Positions 41,193 through 56,849 are shown, numbered from the stretch's first letter. The stretch: DNA of 64,000 bases from an uncultured cyanobacterium (GCA_963744145.1 CAVUSO010000001.1:1568001-1632000); one strand, 5' to 3'. Numbers and translations are program-made. The notes: generated by a model not told the origin, from the letters alone.

Positions 41193-41810
41193 ATGAACAA
41201 ATATTTAATTGAATCTAGTGACGATTCTCCCAGTCAGGAGGAGCTTGATTTGTTGCAAATAATCCTCGAACCAGAAGCTTCTTATCCTTGGAATCCAGCT
41301 CAACCAGAGTCAGAAGCTTTTTTTACTCAGTTAGAACATAAATTTACCTTCGCTGAGTTATCCCTTGATGACATCGAAATGCGATCGCAACAATTATTTA
41401 GTCAATTAGATCGACTGTGGGAAATTACTGATCCTTCAGTCATTGAGGAAAGTTCCCTTTTAAAAAAACTGTTGGCGCTTTTGTCTGAACAGTTTGCCCC
41501 CCTTGTCCCTCAATCTTGGTTAAATGCGATCGCACAGCAAGCAGAAATATTAACCGATGCTAATCACTCCCATCTATCTTTGGAAACAAAGCTAGTCGAA
41601 TGCGTGCAAGAGCTTTTACCGAATTGGTTAACAGAGGATTTACAAGTCTTAGCGCGACCCTACGCTTGGGCAATGCGGTCTTCTGAACCTCCTAATTTAC
41701 GAGCGGTAGATTGGACTGAGTTATCGGAAATTGAACAGGTTCGTTTCACTTTAGCGATCGCTCATTTTGCGCTCTCTCAGGTAAATATTTCTGACCATCC
41801 TTCATCGTAA
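41193..41810 (+). CDS. conserved cyanobacterial hypothetical protein
   Basis: 205-aa ORF with YPWNPAQPESE and DLQVLARPYAWAMRS motifs. Confidence 0.6.
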   Translation: MNKYLIESSDDSPSQEELDLLQIILEPEASYPWNPAQPESEAFFTQLEHKFTFAELSLDDIEMRSQQLFSQLDRLWEITDPSVIEESSLLKKLLALLSEQFAPLVPQSWLNAIAQQAEILTDANHSHLSLETKLVECVQELLPNWLTEDLQVLARPYAWAMRSSEPPNLRAVDWTELSEIEQVRFTLAIAHFALSQVNISDHPSS

Positions 41811-41908
41811 ATAGTGAACGGTTAAAAGTAAAGAGCAAGCCCTTCTTTCTCTTTTCTTTTTTCTCTTTCACTATTTTTTTTGCCTTTGATTAAAATAGTT
41901 TTTACGCA

Positions 41909-43204
41909 TCAATTAGAAATTCTCGTAGCGAAGTTTTGCGATCGCGTTGGTGATAGTACCCTTGCTTTCAAAATTGCTGCACCTAAAAACGCATAAGACA
42001 ATACTCCTACTAATGCCAATACTAACACATTATAATTGCCCGTGGCATTCCATAAAGCATGAAGTCCGGCAGCAGTTAAATACCCAATTACCAATATTTG
42101 CCATCGATGTTTAGGTTTAAGAACACTTAGACCAATAAAATATCCTAAATAACCACTATAAGCCATGTGACCTGCCACTGATCCTAAAATTCTGGGAATT
42201 AATAATTGTAATCCTAACAATTCTCCATTAATTATTCCTACACCTAATGTTCCCGTATGTATCGCTTGGGGAACATATTGTCCTAGAGTTTCCATCAGAG
42301 TAAAAGCTACCGCACTAGCTGTTCCTAATAAAATACCATCTAAAGGTTCCCACACCCCAATCTGTTCTCGTCCAGGTGATTTTAAGCATCTACCCAGAAA
42401 CCAAGCTCCTAAGACTGGTAAAGCTTTGAGCAATTCTTCCATTAATCCTGCCCCAAAAAACATTTTCACTAATAAATCTAAAAAGTCGGTTGGGGGAACC
42501 TCTACTTTGCCTGGTAAAAGCTTACGAAAAAAGAATATAAATATATTTAAAATTGGGCTGTGTAAAATTAACAGCATGGTACAACCACATCCCCCAATTA
42601 CCCACCAGGGTTTGTGTTTACCACAAAGTTGATAGACAAAATAGTAAGCTGCTCCAGCTAGATAAGCAGCAAGAACTAAGTTAAATAGACCTGCTTTCCC
42701 GATCGAAACAAACATCAAGACCACAAACAGCACCGTCAACATCCCAGGAATCAGATAAGCTTTGCGGCTTAATTCTCCTCCTGTTGCAAAAATTGGGAAT
42801 AATTGGGTGAGAGTGAGGGAATCTGAGGGAAACTGGGGTGCAGAACTGACTGTTTGACATTGAAAAATGAATTCAGGACCATTAACTGCGAGGGTAATGC
42901 GATCGCCAGTTTGCAAAGGTTCACATCCCTGAATGCGTTTGGCATTAATATAGGTGCCATTAGCACTATTCAGATCACAAATGAGCCAAATTGCTTGCTG
43001 ATTTCCCTGGTTGACCGTCGATCTGATCAGTGCGTGATGTCTAGATACACCAGTATAGATTTGAGAATCCAGAAAGATTTGGCAATCCCGATCGCGTCCC
43101 AAAGTAATTTCGGTGTCAGCAGACCAGGTAAATAATGGCTGATCTGATGTTTTACCTGCTTTTAACTCCCATAGTTCAGCTCGAGCAGGAATTTGACCTG
43201 TCAT
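41909..43204 (-). CDS. FHA domain + PrsW family intramembrane protease
   Basis: FHA (LGRD, VSRHHA, DLNSANGTYIN) followed by GLMEELLK, FTLMETL, GHMAYS, LHALWN. ATG at 43204 avoids overlap with def. Confidence 0.88.
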   Translation of the reverse strand: MTGQIPARAELWELKAGKTSDQPLFTWSADTEITLGRDRDCQIFLDSQIYTGVSRHHALIRSTVNQGNQQAIWLICDLNSANGTYINAKRIQGCEPLQTGDRITLAVNGPEFIFQCQTVSSAPQFPSDSLTLTQLFPIFATGGELSRKAYLIPGMLTVLFVVLMFVSIGKAGLFNLVLAAYLAGAAYYFVYQLCGKHKPWWVIGGCGCTMLLILHSPILNIFIFFFRKLLPGKVEVPPTDFLDLLVKMFFGAGLMEELLKALPVLGAWFLGRCLKSPGREQIGVWEPLDGILLGTASAVAFTLMETLGQYVPQAIHTGTLGVGIINGELLGLQLLIPRILGSVAGHMAYSGYLGYFIGLSVLKPKHRWQILVIGYLTAAGLHALWNATGNYNVLVLALVGVLSYAFLGAAILKARVLSPTRSQNFATRISN

Positions 43205-43220
43205 ATTGATTTTAGCAGTT

Positions 43221-43784
43221 TCACTGGACTGGTTTAACCGCATTATTGGCAAAACCATGTTTAGCCAGTTCCTGAGTTAGGGCTAATCGGTTGTCTACTC
43301 GATCGACAAATAGGACACCATAAAGATGATCCATTTCATGTTGAATCGCCCGAGATAATAGCCCAGAAGCCATCATCGCTTGGGGATGTCCATGTTCATC
43401 TTTATAGGATATTTCGATTAGTTCAGGACGTTTAACGTCTAAATAAACACCAGGAATGCTCAAACACCCTTCTTGAAAAACACAAATCTCTCCACCCAGT
43501 TCTTTAATAGTGGGATTAATTAAAACTAAGGGAGGTGTAGCCGAATTTTGGGGATCACAGTCAATCACAATCAGTTGTTTTTGAATACCAACTTGTGGAG
43601 CTGCTAAACCGATCCCATCAGCACTGTACATAGTTTGCAGCATTTCTTTGACCAGCTGCCGAATTTCTCGATTTACTTGAGCTACACGCTTGGACTTTTG
43701 ACGCAATGCCTGATCACCTAGATTATGAATCTCTAGGGGCGGTTTGGCCAATTTTTTCTTCTCAACCAGAATTTGTGAGGTCAT
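43221..43784 (-). CDS. def: peptide deformylase
   Basis: GIGLAAPQVG, EGCLS, QHEMDH. Confidence 0.97.
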   Translation of the reverse strand: MTSQILVEKKKLAKPPLEIHNLGDQALRQKSKRVAQVNREIRQLVKEMLQTMYSADGIGLAAPQVGIQKQLIVIDCDPQNSATPPLVLINPTIKELGGEICVFQEGCLSIPGVYLDVKRPELIEISYKDEHGHPQAMMASGLLSRAIQHEMDHLYGVLFVDRVDNRLALTQELAKHGFANNAVKPVQ

Positions 43785-43970
43785 GAGTTTAATTAATGAA
43801 AATGCTGCTAGGTTTTAAATATGAGAGTTCCTTTTAATCTTAGCCAAAACCGTTGTTTTCTGCTTCGATCGCAAGTTTAATTAGAAATTTTTTTAAATTG
43901 CCAAGTTTATCTAGGTGTCAGAAATCAGTTTGATGATGCTCTCAAATCTGACTCCTGACAACTGCTCCGT

Positions 43971-44288
43971 TTAGAGTTTGACCTCAATATCGACACCCGC
44001 AGGTAAATCCAGTTTCATTAGAGCATCAATGGTTTTCGCTGAGGGCTGGTAAATATCAATAATCCGACGGTGAGTCCGGGTTTCAAAGTGTTCCCGGGAG
44101 TCTTTATCAACGTGGGGAGAGCGTAATAAACAATAAATTCAACGTCTAGTGGGTAAGGGAATTGGACCAATAGCTGTAGCGTTAGTTCGATTAGCTGTAT
44201 CTACAATTTTTTCACAGGAAGTATCTAGAAGACGACGATCAAAAGCTTTGAGACGAATGCGAATTTTTTGCTGGGGGATAGTGGCCAT
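43971..44288 (-). CDS. rpsJ: 30S ribosomal protein S10, with in-frame TGA at codon 50 as sequenced
   Basis: [22 protein letters not shown]...[28 protein letters not shown]...GVDIEVKL. Follows tuf; missing from the ORF track because of the stop at 44139-44141. Confidence 0.93.
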
Positions 44289-44444
44289 TTCTTTAATTTT
44301 CGAGGTTCAGTTTGCTGTTTAATTTGGCGATCGCCAAGGTATTTAACCGAGCGATCGGCATGGAAATGAGAATTTTTTTGAGCAGAAAAGCTTAATACCC
44401 ATCGCATTAGCTCTTCTGCTCAATAATTAGTAGGTACTTAGAGC

Positions 44445-45674
44445 CTACTTCAAGATTTTGGAGACAACTCCAGCACCGACTGTGCGACCACCTTCCCGGA
44501 TGGCAAAGCGCATTCCTTGTTCAATGGCGATCGGGTTAATTAATTCTACGGTCATTTTGATGCGATCGCCCGGCATTACCATTTCTGGTTTGGCACCATC
44601 ATCAGAAGTAAACTCTTTAATTGTCCCAGTTACATCTGTAGTCCGAACATAGAACTGAGGACGATAACCAGAGAAGAAGGGAGTTTTACGACCACCTTCT
44701 TTTTCACTGAGAATGTAGACTTCACCTTCAAACTGAGTATGAGGAGTGATTGAACCAGGTTTAGCAATTACCATTCCGCGTTCAATATCAGTCTTTTGCA
44801 TCCCACGGAGCAACACCCCAGCGTTATCTCCAGCCATTCCTTCTTCTAGACTTTTCTTGAACATTTCGATCCCAGTTACCGTAGTATTCTTGGTATCTCT
44901 CAGACCGACCAATTGTACGTTATCACCGATTTTCACTTTCCCACGTTCAATCCGACCAGTAGCTACTGTACCACGACCAGTAATCGAGAATACGTCTTCT
45001 ACCGCCATCAAGAAAGGCTTATCAATATCACGCTCTGGGTCAGGAATATAAGAATCTACAGCATCCATCAGTTCATAGATTTTATCTACCCACGGATCCT
45101 CACCTCTCTGGGTTTTAGGACTTGCTGTCATTTTTTCTAAAGCTTTCAATCCAGAACCTTTGACAATGGGAATCTCATCGCCATCAAATCCGTACTCAGT
45201 TAAAAGTTCCCGTAGTTCTAAATCTACTAATTCTAGTAGTTCTTCATCCTCCATCATATCTTCCTTATTCAGGAAGACCACCAACTTAGGCACACCTACT
45301 TGACGTGCTAATAAGATATGTTCCCGGGTTTGGGGCATCGGACCATCAGTAGCGGCTACCACCAAAATCGCTCCATCCATTTGAGCGGCACCAGTGATCA
45401 TATTCTTCACATAGTCAGCATGACCAGGACAATCTACGTGAGCATAGTGACGTTTTTCGGTTTCATACTCAACGTGAGCAGTGTTAATCGTAATCCCCCG
45501 GGCTTTTTCTTCCGGAGCGTTATCAATTTGGTCATAAGCTTTAGCCACAGCCTGACCTAAAGCAGCTAAGGTCATTGTAATTGCTGCGGTCAAAGTTGTT
45601 TTGCCGTGGTCAACGTGACCAATGGTACCGATGTTAACGTGAGTTTTATTCCTTTCAAACTTTGCGCGTGCCAT
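44445..45674 (-). CDS. tuf: elongation factor Tu
   Basis: [36 protein letters not shown]. Confidence 0.99.
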   Translation of the reverse strand: MARAKFERNKTHVNIGTIGHVDHGKTTLTAAITMTLAALGQAVAKAYDQIDNAPEEKARGITINTAHVEYETEKRHYAHVDCPGHADYVKNMITGAAQMDGAILVVAATDGPMPQTREHILLARQVGVPKLVVFLNKEDMMEDEELLELVDLELRELLTEYGFDGDEIPIVKGSGLKALEKMTASPKTQRGEDPWVDKIYELMDAVDSYIPDPERDIDKPFLMAVEDVFSITGRGTVATGRIERGKVKIGDNVQLVGLRDTKNTTVTGIEMFKKSLEEGMAGDNAGVLLRGMQKTDIERGMVIAKPGSITPHTQFEGEVYILSEKEGGRKTPFFSGYRPQFYVRTTDVTGTIKEFTSDDGAKPEMVMPGDRIKMTVELINPIAIEQGMRFAIREGGRTVGAGVVSKILK

Positions 45675-45701
45675 GAATTTATCTGTTCCTTATTTCTTTT
45701 T

Positions 45702-45773
45702 TTTTAGATTTTAGAATCTTAGATTAGGGATCTTAGATTTAATCTAAAATCCCTGATTGTTTCATCTAAAATC
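45702..45773. repeat. short (T)TTAGA(T)/ATCTAAAAT STRR-like repeats between fusA and tuf
   Basis: Several TTAGAT units followed by inverted ATCTAAAAT units. Confidence 0.5.
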
Positions 45774-45774
45774 G

Positions 45775-47850
45775 TTAGGCGTTCCCTTTGCTTTTCGCAA
45801 TAATTGGTTCAGCCACGTTGCGAGGCACTTCATCATAATGGCTAAATTCCATTGAGAAGATCCCCCGACCTTGGGTTTTTGAACGGATATCGGTAGCATA
45901 TCCAAACATTTCTGCTAATGGCACCTTAGCGGTTACCTTCGCAAGTCCCTGTTCAGAACCCATCCCTTCGATTTGACCACGACGGGAATTGAGGTCTCCC
46001 ATCACATCTCCTAGGAAGTTTTCGGGAACTTCGACCTCAACTTTCATCATAGGTTCTAATAGGACTGGTTTAGCCCTCATCACGGCTTCTTTAATTGCCA
46101 TTGAGCCAGCAATTTTAAAGGCCATTTCTGAGGAGTCTACGTCGTGGTAAGAACCATCTACTAAGATGGCTTTGAGGTCAATTACTGGATAACCAGCGAG
46201 GATGCCTGATTCGCAAGCTTCTTTCATCCCTTGTTCAGACGGAGAGATATATTCTTTGGGAACAGTCCCACCGACGATTTTGGAGACGAATTCAAATCCA
46301 GTCCCAGGTTCTCCGGGTTCAAGCTGGATCACCACATGACCATATTGACCTTTACCACCACTTTGACGGATAAATTTGCCTTCAGCCGTCACTTTCTCGC
46401 GAATTGTTTCGCGATAGGCTACTTGTGGGGCACCCACATTAGCTTCAACTTTGAATTCCCGTAGCATCCGATCAACTAGAATTTCTAGGTGTAATTCACC
46501 CATCCCCGCGATCACGGTTTGATTAGTTTCGGGATCGATTCTGACTCTAAATGTGGGGTCTTCTTCCGACAAGGACTGGAGGGCTTTGGATAGCTTCTCC
46601 ATGTCCTGTTTGGTTTTGGGTTCGACTGCGACGGAGATCACTGGCTCGGGAATGAAGAGCGACTCCAGAATCACTGGGGCACTTTCTTCGCAGATGGTAT
46701 CGCCAGTAAAGGTGTCTTTCAGTCCTAGGGCTGCACCCAAATCTCCCGCACGGAGTTCTTCGACTTCGATCCGGTCATCGGCTTTGAGAACTACCAAACG
46801 GGAAATCCGTTCTTTTTTGTTTTTGGTGGAGTTTAGGGCATAGCTGCCTTTTTTGAGAACTCCTGAGTAAACCCGAACAAAGGTTAGCCTGCCATAGGGA
46901 TCGGCCATAATCTTGAAGGCTAGGGCAGATAGGGGTTGATTATCATCAGCATTGCGCTTGACGATACTACCATCAGGTAAAGTCCCCTCAATTGGTGGAA
47001 TATCGATGGGTGCTGGTAGGTAGTCGATCACTGCATCTAATAGTAGTTGCACACCTTTGTTTTTGAAGGCTGAACCACAGAGCATGGGCACCATTGTCCC
47101 CTGGATCGTTCCTTTGCGGATGGCTTGGTGGATCTCTGCTTCGGTTAGTTCTTCACCTTCGAGATATTTTTCGGTGAGGTGATCGTCGGTTTCGGCGGCT
47201 TTTTCGATCAGATTTTCCCGGAATTTTTTGGCATCTGCCATCACTTCTGCCGGAATATCGGTTTCGGTAATGTCTGTACCCTGGTCATTGGTGTAAATAT
47301 AAGCCCGCATTTTTACCAGGTCTACGATCCCTTTAAAATCACCTTCGCTCCCGATCGGCACTTGGATGGGAACGGCATTAGCTCTCATCCGATCCTTGAT
47401 CTGGTCATAAACTTTATAAAAGTTTGCGCCCGTCCGATCCATTTTGTTGACAAAAACGATCCGAGGCACTTTATACCGATCTGCTTGTCGCCACACGGTC
47501 TCTGATTGGGGTTGAACGCCGCCAACTGAGCAGAATACGGCAATCACTCCATCCAATACCCGCATGGAACGTTCTACTTCGATCGTGAAGTCTACGTGGC
47601 CCGGTGTATCAATAATGTTGATTTGATATTCTTTCCAACTGGTGGTGATGGCCGCAGCCGTGATGGTTATGCCCCGCTCCCGCTCTTGTTCCATCCAGTC
47701 GGTTACGGCTGTACCTTCGTGAACTTCGCCGATTTTATGCACCATGCCAGAATAGAACAGTATTCGCTCAGTTGTGGTGGTTTTGCCCGCATCTATGTGG
47801 GCGGCGATGCCTATGTTGCGTATTTTCTCAAGCGGGACGGTACGTGCCAC
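45775..47850 (-). CDS. fusA: elongation factor G
   Basis: [26 protein letters not shown] start after AGGAGG. Confidence 0.99.
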   Translation of the reverse strand: MARTVPLEKIRNIGIAAHIDAGKTTTTERILFYSGMVHKIGEVHEGTAVTDWMEQERERGITITAAAITTSWKEYQINIIDTPGHVDFTIEVERSMRVLDGVIAVFCSVGGVQPQSETVWRQADRYKVPRIVFVNKMDRTGANFYKVYDQIKDRMRANAVPIQVPIGSEGDFKGIVDLVKMRAYIYTNDQGTDITETDIPAEVMADAKKFRENLIEKAAETDDHLTEKYLEGEELTEAEIHQAIRKGTIQGTMVPMLCGSAFKNKGVQLLLDAVIDYLPAPIDIPPIEGTLPDGSIVKRNADDNQPLSALAFKIMADPYGRLTFVRVYSGVLKKGSYALNSTKNKKERISRLVVLKADDRIEVEELRAGDLGAALGLKDTFTGDTICEESAPVILESLFIPEPVISVAVEPKTKQDMEKLSKALQSLSEEDPTFRVRIDPETNQTVIAGMGELHLEILVDRMLREFKVEANVGAPQVAYRETIREKVTAEGKFIRQSGGKGQYGHVVIQLEPGEPGTGFEFVSKIVGGTVPKEYISPSEQGMKEACESGILAGYPVIDLKAILVDGSYHDVDSSEMAFKIAGSMAIKEAVMRAKPVLLEPMMKVEVEVPENFLGDVMGDLNSRRGQIEGMGSEQGLAKVTAKVPLAEMFGYATDIRSKTQGRGIFSMEFSHYDEVPRNVAEPIIAKSKGNA

Positions 47851-48208
47851 AGCTACCTCCTTAGTTTTTGTCGCATAATATATGCGTTGTTAAGATTTCA
47901 TGTTGCGAATGAGTGCGAGGGAGCAGCGTTTGGTTGAACCAAAATCTTGCTCAAGGTTCTGTCATGGCTGTTTTTAATCAATTGCCACTAGTCACCCTGT
48001 CTGCCACACCCAAGCATCCCTCGCGCTAATATTATGCTTGGAAATGGACATAATCAAAGATCTGTCCTGAGCGACTATCCACTATTCTCGATCAGATCAA
48101 AAAATGCTGTCTTGTGGATAGCGCTGTTCTGGTTACATTTTAATATTTTTTGCAAAATTTGTTCACATATTGAGATCTCGATCTGTGGAAGAGAATCCCT
48201 GGTAAACA

Positions 48209-48679
48209 TTAGTACCGATAGTGGGCGAAAGCTTTGTTCGCTTCTGCCATCCGGTGAGTTTCTTCTCGCTTGCGAATGGCATTACCTGTCTCATTCGCAG
48301 CATCCATTAATTCATTGGCTAGTTTGTTAGCCATGCTTCTTCCGGAACGCGATCGCGAATATTGAATTAGCCAGCGTAGGGCTAAAGTTGTGCCCCGATC
48401 TGAGCGTACTTCCATGGGCACTTGATAGGTCGCACCACCGACCCGACGTGCTTTTACTTCTACCAGTGGGGTCGCATTCCGCACTGCTTTTTCAAACATT
48501 TCTAACGGTTCAGCACCAGTTCTTTCTTGAATTGTTTTTAACGCATCATACACAATATGATTGGCAACTGATTTTTTGCCTTTTTTCATCACCCGTCGCA
48601 CCATCATGGTAACTAGGCAACTATTATATACGGGATCTGGAGGAATGGGACGTTTTTGAATAACACCGCGACGAGACAT
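48209..48679 (-). CDS. rpsG: 30S ribosomal protein S7
   Basis: [26 protein letters not shown]. Confidence 0.99.
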   Translation of the reverse strand: MSRRGVIQKRPIPPDPVYNSCLVTMMVRRVMKKGKKSVANHIVYDALKTIQERTGAEPLEMFEKAVRNATPLVEVKARRVGGATYQVPMEVRSDRGTTLALRWLIQYSRSRSGRSMANKLANELMDAANETGNAIRKREETHRMAEANKAFAHYRY

Positions 48680-48801
48680 AATCAGCCTTTAACGAGATAA
48701 TTTTGCTAGTTGGGATTTGGTGATTGACCAGTTTTTTTATTGTCTATGGGCAACTACCGACAGGAGTTCAAATTACGCCAATCCTTTGGCGATCGCGATC
48801 A

Positions 48802-49182
48802 TTACTTGGCAGCTTTTGGACGTTTAGCTCCGTATTTGGAGCGACCTTGACGCCGATCTTTCACACCTGCGGTATCTAAAGTACCACGAATAATATGGTA
48901 TCTAACTCCGGGCAAATCTTTGACCCGACCACCACGGATCATCACGACCGAGTGTTCTTGGAGGTTGTGGCCAATTCCGGGGATGTAAGCTGTGACTTCA
49001 AATCCCGAGGTCAGTCGTACCCGGGCGACTTTACGCAGGGCGGAGTTCGGTTTTTTCGGAGTGGTCGTGTACACCCTGGTACAAACGCCACGACGCTGAG
49101 GGCAACTCTTGAGTGCTGGCGATTTGGTTTTCTTTTGCGCTGCGGCGCGTTCAGTCCGAATGAGTTGCTGGATAGTGGGCAT
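48802..49182 (-). CDS. rpsL: 30S ribosomal protein S12
   Basis: [22 protein letters not shown]. Confidence 0.99.
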   Translation of the reverse strand: MPTIQQLIRTERAAAQKKTKSPALKSCPQRRGVCTRVYTTTPKKPNSALRKVARVRLTSGFEVTAYIPGIGHNLQEHSVVMIRGGRVKDLPGVRYHIIRGTLDTAGVKDRRQGRSKYGAKRPKAAK

Positions 49183-49314
49183 GGGTTCGATGGCCTAAAA
49201 TTTTTGGCAGTGGCAACTTTCAACAAACTCTTACTATATCTTAATGGAGGTATCTGTGTCAATGGTTTTTTGCTTAATAAATTCTAAATTTCTGCGGTTA
49301 CTGACCTGGGGATA

Positions 49315-49689
49315 CTAGATTTTTTGATTTTGGCAATGATTGTGCGGATCTACTGATCTGGTTGTACCAACTGAAAATGAGTTCCCGCATCCACAAGTTT
49401 GAATTGCGATGGGGTTATGAAAACGGAAACCCCCTCCCATTAAGTCTTCTGAGTAATCGATGGTAAGACCATTAATATAGTTTAACGTCTGGCTATTGAT
49501 GACTATACTTATACCGTCACATTCATAAATTAGATCTTCAGCGGTTGCTTGTTCGGTAAAGCCCATAATATAGTATAGTTCAGCACAACCGCCTTGGTCT
49601 ACACTCAGCCGAAATAATAGGTTGGGATTTGATTGTTTAGATTTGAGACGTTTGATTTCGTTGGTGGCGGCTGGGTTAAGATGAATCAT
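49315..49689 (-). CDS. HesB/IscA family Fe-S assembly accessory protein
   Basis: GGC motif, GGGFRFHNP, CGCGNSF. Confidence 0.9.
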   Translation of the reverse strand: MIHLNPAATNEIKRLKSKQSNPNLLFRLSVDQGGCAELYYIMGFTEQATAEDLIYECDGISIVINSQTLNYINGLTIDYSEDLMGGGFRFHNPIAIQTCGCGNSFSVGTTRSVDPHNHCQNQKI

Positions 49690-49915
49690 TTTTAATTAGA
49701 GCTAGAAACGCGATCAAGAAATTATACCTCTCTTTCACACTTTTTAATTGGTCAGAGTAGAATGAGAGTTTTGGACTATAAACGCCTAGGCGATCGCGAT
49801 CGCTGCCAAGCTATCCCAAGGGGTTTTCAGAACCTAGTCTGGTGCATGGCTGGCTAGGATGTTTAAGCTTCTGAAAAGACGATTTCTAAGTTGACGGAAT
49901 TAACCATTACAAAAT

Positions 49916-51562
49916 ATGAACCGATTAAAACAATTAAAACAGTATTGGCATTGGGCTTGGAATATATCAAAACTCTACTGGGTTTCTAGTGAAAAATGGG
50001 GAGCTATTACCATAGCTTGTGCCCAGATAGGAGTTATTATCCTGGAAAATAAAGTCGCATTGATGTTGAACAGTTATCAAGGCGAAACAGCTACGGCACT
50101 ACAGGCAAAATCACCTACTTTTTATCAACTTATCTTAATTAGCACAGGTTTAGTAGCTTTATACATTTTCGGTTGGATTTTTAAATATTTTATTCAAAAA
50201 AAGCTAGAATTATACTGGCAAGAATGGCTGACTAAAGATTTTCTCAAGAGATATTTTCACAACCAAGCTTACCACAAAATTAATAGTTGTAAGGAAATTG
50301 ATAATCCTGACAATCGCCTCTCTGAAGACATCCAATCTTTTGTAGGAGACACGTTATCTTATTCTTTCAGCTTAGGCGATACAATACTGAGAGGTTTTCT
50401 ATTTTTTGGAGTCCTTTGGTCAATTAATCATTTTCTAGTTTATCTAACAATTATAGTAGCAGCTATCCGAACTTTAATTAACATTTTCATTGGCCAACCT
50501 TTAATCCCACTCAAAAATAAACTGCTCAAATTAAAACCCGATTTCCGCTATAGCTTAGTCTATGTTCGTAACAATAGTGAATCCATAGCTTTCTATAGAG
50601 GAGAAAAACAAGAATTAGACCAGATTCAAAGAAAATTTGGAAAATTTTTGGCAGTACAACATCAAATTATTTTACCTGAAAGTGCTTTATTTGCAGTTGA
50701 GATTGGTATTTCTATTGCTTTTACTTTAATGCTTCAGTTTATTTTAGCTCCTCAATATTTCAATGGCCAAATTTCCTTTGGTGACATCACTCGTTCTATC
50801 GGTGCTTGTGGGACTGTTTTGAGTGTACTTAGTTGGTTTGCCGATTCTTTTGATGGATTGATTTCCTACGCAGCAACTATTAAGCGTTTAGGCACATTTT
50901 CAGATTTTATTGAGTCACCCAATTTAGTTTCCTACAAAGCTCAAACTATTGAAACAGTAATCGATACTAGGCTAGCTCTGACTCATCTTTGCTTACAAAC
51001 TCCTGACTACAAAAGAACTTTAGTGCAGGATATCTCCTTAGAAGTTCCCACAGGAAAAGGAGTCTTATTGATGGGACCGTCCGGGAGTGGGAAGAGTTCG
51101 ATTTTGAGGGCGATAGCAGGTCTGTGGGATACTGGTTCAGGCTGTATTTTCCGTCCGCACATAGAAGAAATTTTTATCATCCCCCAACGTCCTTACATGA
51201 TTCTGGGTTCTCTCAGCGCTCAATTATTATACCCACACACAAAAAGAGATATCAGTAATGAACAACTTCAATCCTGTTTAGAAAAAGTCAATCTGGCTGA
51301 TTTAGCCACCAGAATGGGTGGTTTTGATGTGGAATTAAACTGGGCTGATATTTTATCCCTGGGTGAGCAGCAAAAACTGGCATTTGCTCGCCTATTTTTG
51401 GCAAATCCTCGTTATGTATTGTTGGATGAATCTACTAGTGCGTTAGATGTGGCTAATGAGAAGCATTTATATGAACTTATCAAAGGTTTAGATATCACGT
51501 TTATTAGCGTTGGACATAGACCAACGTTGCTTCAGTATCATGAGTATATTGTTCAAATTTGA
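49916..51562 (+). CDS. ABC transporter, fused TMD-NBD (ABCD/YddA-like)
   Basis: IDNPDNRLSED, NSESIAFYRG, GPSGSGKSS, LSLGEQQ, LLDESTSALD. Confidence 0.9.
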   Translation: MNRLKQLKQYWHWAWNISKLYWVSSEKWGAITIACAQIGVIILENKVALMLNSYQGETATALQAKSPTFYQLILISTGLVALYIFGWIFKYFIQKKLELYWQEWLTKDFLKRYFHNQAYHKINSCKEIDNPDNRLSEDIQSFVGDTLSYSFSLGDTILRGFLFFGVLWSINHFLVYLTIIVAAIRTLINIFIGQPLIPLKNKLLKLKPDFRYSLVYVRNNSESIAFYRGEKQELDQIQRKFGKFLAVQHQIILPESALFAVEIGISIAFTLMLQFILAPQYFNGQISFGDITRSIGACGTVLSVLSWFADSFDGLISYAATIKRLGTFSDFIESPNLVSYKAQTIETVIDTRLALTHLCLQTPDYKRTLVQDISLEVPTGKGVLLMGPSGSGKSSILRAIAGLWDTGSGCIFRPHIEEIFIIPQRPYMILGSLSAQLLYPHTKRDISNEQLQSCLEKVNLADLATRMGGFDVELNWADILSLGEQQKLAFARLFLANPRYVLLDESTSALDVANEKHLYELIKGLDITFISVGHRPTLLQYHEYIVQI

Positions 51563-52096
51563 GGGCGACTAAATGCTGATCTATTTGATCCTCGCTACTT
51601 GGCCTATTTTATTACTTAAATCAAACTAGCAATTGTTAAACAAATTTTAAGCTTTCATTAATATTACGTCAATCGGGTCAATGTGACTTATAATGCGAAA
51701 CCGTATTTTTGACAACAGTTAAATCGCGCCGATCGTCCATACCCGCTCAAAATTTAAGAAAAAGTTACGATCTGAAAAAAGCATAAAAGATATGATAGAG
51801 ATATAAATTAATAGTTAATGCTGCATCAGCATAACCAGAAGAGCAACCCTAATAAACCTCAACAAACAAGCAGCTAGGCTTAGTAATTTATCCTAGACTA
51901 AAACAAGAGAAAAACAACATTTTAGTTGTTTTAATTCATGGTAATTATCATTATGTAAGGATGCAATTTTCAACAGATAAACAGATAGGAAAGCGAAGTA
52001 ATTTTGGTTAACTAAACCAAAAACAATCAGGATTAAATTGCCCCAAGGAAATTTCTGGCAGCAATTGGCTAGAGTAATAGCACAATAAAGGCTTGA

Positions 52097-55703
<3,607 letters not shown>

Positions 55704-55716
55704 TTAGTTTTAGGTG

Positions 55717-55753
55717 AGTTTGGTCGGGGTGGAGTCTAACCCCGACTAACTCT
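55717..55753. other. stem-loop between nifJ and the DHOD-like gene
   Basis: GAGTTTGGTCGGGGT...ACCCCGACTAACTC inverted repeat. Confidence 0.5.
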
Positions 55754-55796
55754 GAATACTCATTTAGCAGGTTTTATTAGCAAAGGATTAAAGACC

Positions 55797-56807
55797 ATGG
55801 ATCTTACCACTAATTATTTAGGCTTAACCCTGCGATCGCCTTTAGTTCCTTCAGCCGCAGCTCCATTAACTGAAGACATTAGTAATATTAAACGCATGGA
55901 AGACGCGGGAGCTGCCGCAGTGGTTTTGCATTCTTTATTTGAAGAACAAATCAAACAAGAACGCTACGAACTTGAACATCATCTTACCTACGCTACTCAT
56001 AGCTTTGCTGAAGCTTTGACTTATTTTCCCGAACCCGAAGTTTTCCATGTCGGTCCCCATGAATATTTGAATCATATTCGGAAAGCTAAGGAAGCGGTCA
56101 AGATTCCGATTATTGCGAGTTTAAATGGTTCTTCTACTGGTGGTTGGACTGATTACGCTCAACTAATTCAGCAAGCTGGAGCTGATGCGTTGGAATTGAA
56201 TATTTATTATATTCCGACGGATATGGATTTGAGTGGAGCTCAGGTCGAACAAAATTATTTCGATATTGTTTCTGCTGTGAAAAGTGTAGTCACAATTCCG
56301 GTGGGACTGAAACTGAGTCCATTTTTTAGCAATTTTGCCTATATGGCAAAAAAATTTGATGAACTTGGTGCAGATAGTTTGATTTTGTTTAACCGTTTCT
56401 ATCAGCCTACCATTGATATTGATGAGTTGGAAATTAAACCCCTTGTCTTGTTAAGTACACCGCAAGCTATGCGTTTACCCATGCGGTGGATTGCGATTCT
56501 TTATGGTCGAATTAGTGCTGATTTAGCAGCTACTGGTGGGATTCATAAAGGAACTGAAGCTTTAAGTATGTTAATGGCTGGGGCTAAGATTACTCAATTA
56601 TGTTCTGTCTTGTTGCGTCATGGAATTGAGCATATTCGGGTAATTGAAACCGAGATGTTGCATTGGATGGAAGAACATGAATATCATTCGGTGAAGCAAA
56701 TGCAAGGTTCGATGTCACAAATTAATTGTGCTGATGAATCTGAATTTGAACGCGTCCAGTATATGCGTGCGATTCAGTCCTATACTCCGGAACGAGTTTT
56801 TAGGTAG
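55797..56807 (+). CDS. dihydroorotate dehydrogenase-like flavoprotein (nifJ-linked)
   Basis: MDLTTNYLGLTLRSPL, IPIIASLNG, ALELN, LKLSP, LFNRF, ATGG. Confidence 0.88.
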   Translation: MDLTTNYLGLTLRSPLVPSAAAPLTEDISNIKRMEDAGAAAVVLHSLFEEQIKQERYELEHHLTYATHSFAEALTYFPEPEVFHVGPHEYLNHIRKAKEAVKIPIIASLNGSSTGGWTDYAQLIQQAGADALELNIYYIPTDMDLSGAQVEQNYFDIVSAVKSVVTIPVGLKLSPFFSNFAYMAKKFDELGADSLILFNRFYQPTIDIDELEIKPLVLLSTPQAMRLPMRWIAILYGRISADLAATGGIHKGTEALSMLMAGAKITQLCSVLLRHGIEHIRVIETEMLHWMEEHEYHSVKQMQGSMSQINCADESEFERVQYMRAIQSYTPERVFR

Positions 56808-56818
56808 CACTTTCTCCC

Positions 56819-56849
56819 TAACCGTTACAAAAATGATCTGTAACGGTTA
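56819..56849. terminator. inverted repeat downstream of the DHOD-like gene
   Basis: TAACCGTTACA-N9-TGTAACGGTTA, perfect 11-bp arms. Confidence 0.5.

Noticed and set aside
43971..44288. TGA reassignment (alternative genetic code)
   Set aside because: TGA ends ordinary genes here (e.g. 9084, 11026, 51562), Trp uses TGG, and the site expects a basic residue.
46500..49182. Higher GC in fusA and rpsL as a sign of horizontal transfer
   Set aside because: Gene order is the standard str operon, and codon bias in highly expressed genes is a sufficient explanation.
44225..49287. Many antisense or overlapping ORFs across tuf, fusA, rpsG and rpsL (and similar ones in other genes)
   Set aside because: Shadow frames of conserved genes with no recognisable motifs.
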